Assembly: GCA_027064085.1 (NCBI GenBank)
Contig: JAMOQH010000126.1
Span: 5,040 to 69,039 of the forward strand
Source of the DNA: a bacterium
GTDB taxonomy: Bacteria > UBP6 > JAFGXH01
Length of the DNA: 64,000 nucleotides
Reading direction: 5' to 3'
Part shown: piece after piece, positions 60,601 through 64,000 of the stretch
How the letters are laid out: the number at the start of each line of letters is the position of its first letter
Position numbering within the stretch: position 1 is the first letter of the stretch
Program-made: the position numbers and the translations under genes
Notes under the pieces: model-generated
Told to the model about the DNA's origin: nothing
The model's input: the letters and a program-made list of their open reading frames with translations, nothing else
Database searches by the model: none

Positions 60601-63600
60601 ACTGATGATCCAAATACTAGTCAAGAAAATGATGCTACTGTAATTTATTTAGATGATAGCTCTTCTATTTTTAATAAATTTGATAAAACCGCAATACTTG
60701 AAGATACAAATAATAATGGTAAAGCAGATATAGGGGAGCTTATAAAATATCAAATAGAATTAGATATTAAAGATTTGCCAGAAACTATTACTATAGAAGA
60801 TGCAATACCACAAAATACTAACTATGTTTTTGGTAGTTTACAAGTAAATAGAATACATCAAACAGATGAACAAGATACTGATATGGCATATTTTGAAAAC
60901 AATAAAGCTTATTTTAAAATTTATCCTTTTGAAGATACTAATACTAAAGCTAGTCTTTCTTTTAAAGTAGAAATAAAAGAAGGAAATAAAGTTGTAAATC
61001 AAGCAAAAACATTTTTTGATAATAAAACTTATTTAAGCGATGACCCTAATACTCCTATCAAAAACGATGCAACTATAACTTACATAGGAGATACACAAGA
61101 AGCTAATTTATCTATAAAAAAAGAAGTAAAAGATATTAATGGGGGCATTACTTTAGCAAACGACGAATTAGAATATAAAATTACTGTCCAAAATACTGGT
61201 AATAAAGAGGCTGAAAATAGTGAAATTATAGATGATTTACCTGAAAGTTTGGAGTATATTTCTAATAGTGAAGAACTTTCTGATGTTTCTGCTCATTATA
61301 TTTATAATCCTAATATAGGCAATGGACAAATCAAAATTTATGGATTGAATATAGACAAAGCTGGTAAATTTATTGTAAAATTTAGAGTTAAGATAAAAGA
61401 TACTGTTCAAAAAGCTGATAAAATTACAAATATTGCAACTTTAAATAATGAAAAACAGAGTAGTGCTTCTGTAGTTATAGGAGCTAGTGCTGGAACAGCA
61501 TCTATTTACGGAGATTTATCATATTTTAATGAAAATAATGAAAAAATAGCTCTAAAAAACTATAAAATTGAAATAACAGAAATCAAAAAAGCAGAAAATC
61601 TAAAAGTTTATACTACTACAACAGATGAAGATGGTTTATTTAGAATTGATAATATCAAACCTGCAGAATATTTATTAAAATATTATAATTCAAATGGTAC
61701 TTTCTTTGGAGAGAAAAAATTAAATTATTTAAGTTCTGAAAACGATAACAAGCTCAATCTTGTTTTTATTCCTACTGGTTTTATTTATAACTCTAAAACA
61801 AAATCCAAAATAGATAATGCAAGAATTTATTTATATAATAAAACAGCAAATGACAACATAATTCATTCAAATTGTTTTGATTTAGACTTAGTTACTCTTC
61901 CTACAAATCAACAAGGTCAATTACTAGAAAGCAATGGTTTATATAAATTTACTGTTAAAGATACTAACTATGATAAGCTAGGTATATGTGTGATGGGATA
62001 TCCAAAATATACTTTCCCTTCTAGCCTTAAAAAACCTTCTTTTGGTGAAGTTGAAAATGAAAATGGACATATTTCTAATAATAAATATTATCTTGAATTT
62101 ACTCCAACTGATAATTTAGACATTCTTAATAATAATAATATAGCTCTTGACCCAATTGAAAACTCAATTAAAATCACAAAGTCAGTTGACCAAAAAACTT
62201 CTACAGCAAATTCTATTATTACATATAGAATTAAAGCTCAAAATAAATCTAGCTATTCTTTTGAAGGAACAAATGGTGTTTTTATATATGATTTACTACC
62301 TAAAAACTTTAAGTTAATCAATAAATCATACAAAGCAATAATAACTAGCTTAGATGGAAGTCAAAAAGTAATAAAAGATATAGCTATTAATTTATCATCT
62401 CAAAATTTAACATTTGGTCCTATAGATTTTAAAGAAGGTGATGAGATAGAAATATCATATAGAGTTGCAATAGGTTCCAATGTTAAATTAGGTAAATATA
62501 AAAATATTGCCTATGTATTAGATAGTAATTTAGAAAAATTATCTTTTGAAGCTAGTGCTGTTATACAAATTAAATATGATTTTGATTTTGATATGGGAGC
62601 GGTAATAGGTAAAGTCTATTGTGATGACAATAAAAACTCATATCAGGATATAGGAGAAATAGGTTTAAAGAATGTTGATATTTATAATGATGAAGGCTTT
62701 GTTTCTAAAACTGATGAATATGGAAGATACCACTTTACAGTATTAAAACCAGGGGCTCATTTAATAAAATTAGATAAAAATACTTTATTATCAGGAATAA
62801 AACCTATTGAAGAAAAAAGAACTATAAGGATAACAAAAGGTTTATTATCAAAAGTAAATTTCCCCGTTGATTGTAAAGAAGTAAATAAAGATAAAAAGTT
62901 TTTAGCTATAAATAAGAAAAAAGCTAAACTTAGCCCTATCAAGGATTTAATAACATTAAGGGGCAATTTAAATAAAAGAATCTTTTTGGGTAATAAAGAA
63001 ATAACTGTAAAAAATTATATATTAAAACAAAATAAAAAATTAGTCACAGAAGATGAAGAAAATACTTATTTTATTAAAGATTTAAATGATAAAGTTTTAG
63101 TAAATTATTATATTTATAAATTTGATAAAGAATTATTTAGCAACAAAACTAAATTAACAGATTTATATAGATTTATACAACAACGGGGTAAATTAAAGAT
63201 AAAATTACCTGCAAATCAGTATCTTGTTTTTGCTGAAATAGTAAAAAATAATAAAATTTACAGAACTGCTCCTATAATTTCTATGTCTCAAAGAATACCA
63301 AATGAAAAGGGAGAAGGGTTAATAAGTTTTAAAAAGCTAAAATTTGAGTTTAATCCACAATTATTTATTAATGGAAGGCTAATAAATAGCTCAAAATCAG
63401 GTAATCTATTTCATGTTTTTCATAAAGATAATCTAAAAAATGCCTCAATACTCTATAAAGCTCCTAATGGTATATCTGTAAATGAACTAATGGCTTTAGC
63501 TGTTAGTTCTAGTAAGAGTGTTGCTTCTCGTAATCATGTTAGTATTGATGGTATTGGTGCTAGTGTTATTGAAAATACTGAAGTCGGTGCTAGTGCTAGT

Positions 63601-64000
63601 TCAGCTTCAGCTGTTAGTGCTGGTAATAGTGTTAGTTCTGGTGCTAGCAATAGAGTTAGTGTTGGTGATAACAGTAATAGTATTAGTGATAGTAGTGGTT
63701 ATTTGGATAAATTTTTATCTAAAAAAGATAAAAATGATATAAAAACTCAATATGATTCTTTTGGTGAAGATAGAATTACAAAAGAATTTGCTTCACAAAT
63801 TAAAAAAGAACAGTACATTAAAAATTTTTATGGATTGAGGCTAGCTCTTCCTGTTGAGGGTGCAATTATTCATTCTGATTCTATAAATATACATGGATTT
63901 CAACCTGAAAATTATGAAATTACTATAAATAATAATAAAGTTATAGCAAATGCAGATGGCTATTTCGATTTAGAATTAAAATTGAGTAATAAAACTAAAC
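54640..64000 (+). CDS. Giant secreted DUF11-repeat (conserved repeat domain) adhesin-like protein, >3120 aa, runs off the window; absent from ORF track
   Basis: Frame +1 read open from ATG 54640 (MLKLLNKLYFFILLLTLFSVNIFA signal peptide) to the window end; about 15 repeats of about 135 aa with K.V...G(D/E).(I/V).Y.I...N.G...D.I...NQA...TDDP.T...D.T.F; later GAVIGKVYCDDNKNSYQD...KTDEYGRYHF SdrD-B-like domain. Confidence 0.9.
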   Translation, partial: MLKLLNKLYFFILLLTLFSVNIFAIVEGTYPDSTNLKKYSVFGSVVTTGNTMMATTPPGNVNDILLSESSGDLKNMPFDAEIVSAHIFWSGSLGPSLFVPDDNITLLTKDNDIHNIQADSCKVVTNMEGFYYCSADITTTIVNQNIVNYNGRYTVSNLKGDVGDCETNPYICQAKYAAWSMVVVYKSKSAKVKREILLYDSFLHLDEREDSIGITHFDITNLTVNSPARGEFTYFGLEGDRFLGVPPQDAPENQYPCDTCYDFISLNNVKLYDDLNPPNNIWNSSIATAVDIDTFKIGNQGLNILRSGTNKTIHVKLGSGDGIIPNEHPEAGGGESVFLGYVLLALDTISPNFRTTNTNLIVDRTVASQGDELTYILTVTNDGSKIAHNVIVSNLIPPETTYVDNSTYIDGVLASNDIATPMGLNIGTIDFRGTNNKKIITFRVKIKSTAIDGTYVYNKAKIISDETINDPSLTNQVKTLINAPVLQTPILTVRDENGGSYLPGEWVEYSVKILNNSNNPISNLVYENTLGLDFTQIMLSSIPFNASDNSNLANKKISISSIQVPARSAIFIKYRAKIKTIQEYIDSGTPEDQINNKSISNQGELSISTRPELILTDNDNGGNEHDPTVFTIKKEVNANFSDSTMTVENTNGSSEFHPGDRVKYTIKVKNSATATVNAINVLNDIDENYFEEITVNNGFYDGDKLTWLIASLAPSAETTLIFTAKIKKPQANGLVIQNQASIFVAGRSDLTDDPTTTILDDPTKFTITASSSNFIFSTKEVIDENGGTYFQQGDYVTYVIKIKNTGEAVGGNLTVEDSINSNLVDIEVFNNGVYNNNKITWNYINTPELVNVSGEVTLKFRAKIKSTVANGTVISNQAFISSTDSPRTYLTDDPTTSSVSDSTNFTVNSAAELTESYKTYEDLNGGDIEPGDEIKYTIQLRNTGNLEVTNISVIDNVDTNNLENIIVEDNGIYSNGNINWAGITSLAPHTNLELHFTAKIKENTTHNTKISNQAIIMSTEIPFAFTDDPNTAEKDDATSFLVMAIPDLSFTKTVVNTNGTTEFKIGDRVKYTINIVNNSSSETGNITITDLIPRDLENVTLSSGGILNGNQAYFYLQPITSPIALTIEGDIKASGEICNQASLEDVNFNYTINSDDPNTLSENDSTCFNVIQVIKVENFKKTFTDINGGNIEPNDIIEYELSFDNNSDVSLNNLVITDNIDTNLTDINLIDGGYFNGNIITFNSLNTPKLANIAPNTSVIIKFRAKIKTPLANNTVISNQAELNIEDINLVSDNPNTPIENDATEFNIVSSPKIKFTKVVKNVNNSTEYKPNDNVMYTITALNTGTEIANNILIKDILSNDLTNLSASQGSFNNNEFTLNLPQLNVNQPITITINAKIKDSVSNNTVISNQASLDSDNTNQILSDDSDTPIANDQTKFTVTRETLPTNLKAYKTSDKKIYFNNDIVTYTIELKNEGQTTVNNIILTDELNSNLEFISATNNAVFTNGVIKWDYNTSPDLLSIMPNNSVNITIKAKVKNTVSDSTIIENQASFTFNNEPEIHLTDDPSTPQFDTTKITVASYDVSDSTKEVFDSNNDGAFVPNEELTYKITIKNSSSITTIRDINVVDYFPFSKLDLLDTTGLIINETSKTITFTPENFPELLELAPNTSVELILRAKIKDLATNGTTISNQAFISFNGENQNIPTDDPKTTDIDDATNFKLSAKADLSDFTKTVASDNGYFPNEEIRYTIKVKNKGTAKAKNLIITDSIDDNLEIIDAQEGEITANKILFHYNNIDTLKELKSNEEVSFVIKAKIKDGVNNNKIISNQAILNSESIPNSELSDDPTTTQENDATIFKVINSSKLYAEKIAIDLNAGKIEIGDIIRYQIKVYNKGYKTSFDTKLYDEIPSYTQYIENSTKLNDETVADNNGVAPFIDGMDLGDIDIYDNTDNTVKIITFEVKILDTAPDGAKIENQASIENADGEKAVTDDPNTSQENDATVIYLDDSSSIFNKFDKTAILEDTNNNGKADIGELIKYQIELDIKDLPETITIEDAIPQNTNYVFGSLQVNRIHQTDEQDTDMAYFENNKAYFKIYPFEDTNTKASLSFKVEIKEGNKVVNQAKTFFDNKTYLSDDPNTPIKNDATITYIGDTQEANLSIKKEVKDINGGITLANDELEYKITVQNTGNKEAENSEIIDDLPESLEYISNSEELSDVSAHYIYNPNIGNGQIKIYGLNIDKAGKFIVKFRVKIKDTVQKADKITNIATLNNEKQSSASVVIGASAGTASIYGDLSYFNENNEKIALKNYKIEITEIKKAENLKVYTTTTDEDGLFRIDNIKPAEYLLKYYNSNGTFFGEKKLNYLSSENDNKLNLVFIPTGFIYNSKTKSKIDNARIYLYNKTANDNIIHSNCFDLDLVTLPTNQQGQLLESNGLYKFTVKDTNYDKLGICVMGYPKYTFPSSLKKPSFGEVENENGHISNNKYYLEFTPTDNLDILNNNNIALDPIENSIKITKSVDQKTSTANSIITYRIKAQNKSSYSFEGTNGVFIYDLLPKNFKLINKSYKAIITSLDGSQKVIKDIAINLSSQNLTFGPIDFKEGDEIEISYRVAIGSNVKLGKYKNIAYVLDSNLEKLSFEASAVIQIKYDFDFDMGAVIGKVYCDDNKNSYQDIGEIGLKNVDIYNDEGFVSKTDEYGRYHFTVLKPGAHLIKLDKNTLLSGIKPIEEKRTIRITKGLLSKVNFPVDCKEVNKDKKFLAINKKKAKLSPIKDLITLRGNLNKRIFLGNKEITVKNYILKQNKKLVTEDEENTYFIKDLNDKVLVNYYIYKFDKELFSNKTKLTDLYRFIQQRGKLKIKLPANQYLVFAEIVKNNKIYRTAPIISMSQRIPNEKGEGLISFKKLKFEFNPQLFINGRLINSSKSGNLFHVFHKDNLKNASILYKAPNGISVNELMALAVSSSKSVASRNHVSIDGIGASVIENTEVGASASSASAVSAGNSVSSGASNRVSVGDNSNSISDSSGYLDKFLSKKDKNDIKTQYDSFGEDRITKEFASQIKKEQYIKNFYGLRLALPVEGAIIHSDSINIHGFQPENYEITINNNKVIANADGYFDLELKLSNKTK

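Noticed and set aside
55700-61500. CRISPR array or DNA-level tandem repeat suggested by recurring AATCAAGC and GATGATCC words
   Set aside because: About 400-nt period and codon-level degeneracy show these are protein repeats (NQA, DDP); no cas genes in the window
54726-63742. Short track ORFs within 54.7-63.7 kb, including the Val/Leu-rich 63518-63742
   Set aside because: All lie inside the giant frame +1 ORF; the hydrophobic peptide is just the shifted reading of the Ser/Ala/Gly linker

Overview
Very AT-rich bacterial chromosomal window of a flagellated Gram-negative organism (P-ring gene flgI, many lipoproteins and beta-barrel-like proteins). Its housekeeping and signalling genes look deltaproteobacterial/Myxococcota-like to me; this taxonomy is inference. 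Main contents: three giant flagellins (about 1157, 1154 and 996 aa) with modular outer domains, sigma28-like promoters and GGA-loop (CsrA-type) leader hairpins; flgI plus an FlgJ rod-binding/M23 peptidase fusion; ppdK with an unusual C-terminal tail; an ECF sigma/ZAS anti-sigma pair followed by a PilZ / YehL-type AAA / ankyrin lipoprotein / GNAT run; a serine-free ACP-like protein; rpsO-tatC; rpoZ; a complete CHASE2 adenylate cyclase / Crp / phosphodiesterase module coupled to murG; murC; a 2B-less UvrD-family helicase; a sigma54 activator; tRNA-Arg(CCT); an acyl-CoA synthetase; a Cys-rich RCC1 lipoprotein; cstA, mltG, ruvX and a TraB/GumN protein. Two ORFs missing from the supplied track run off the window edges: an MFS transporter (<1..1123, minus) and a >3100-aa secreted DUF11-repeat adhesin-like protein (54640..>64000, plus). 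I saw no CRISPR array, transposase, integrase or rRNA.
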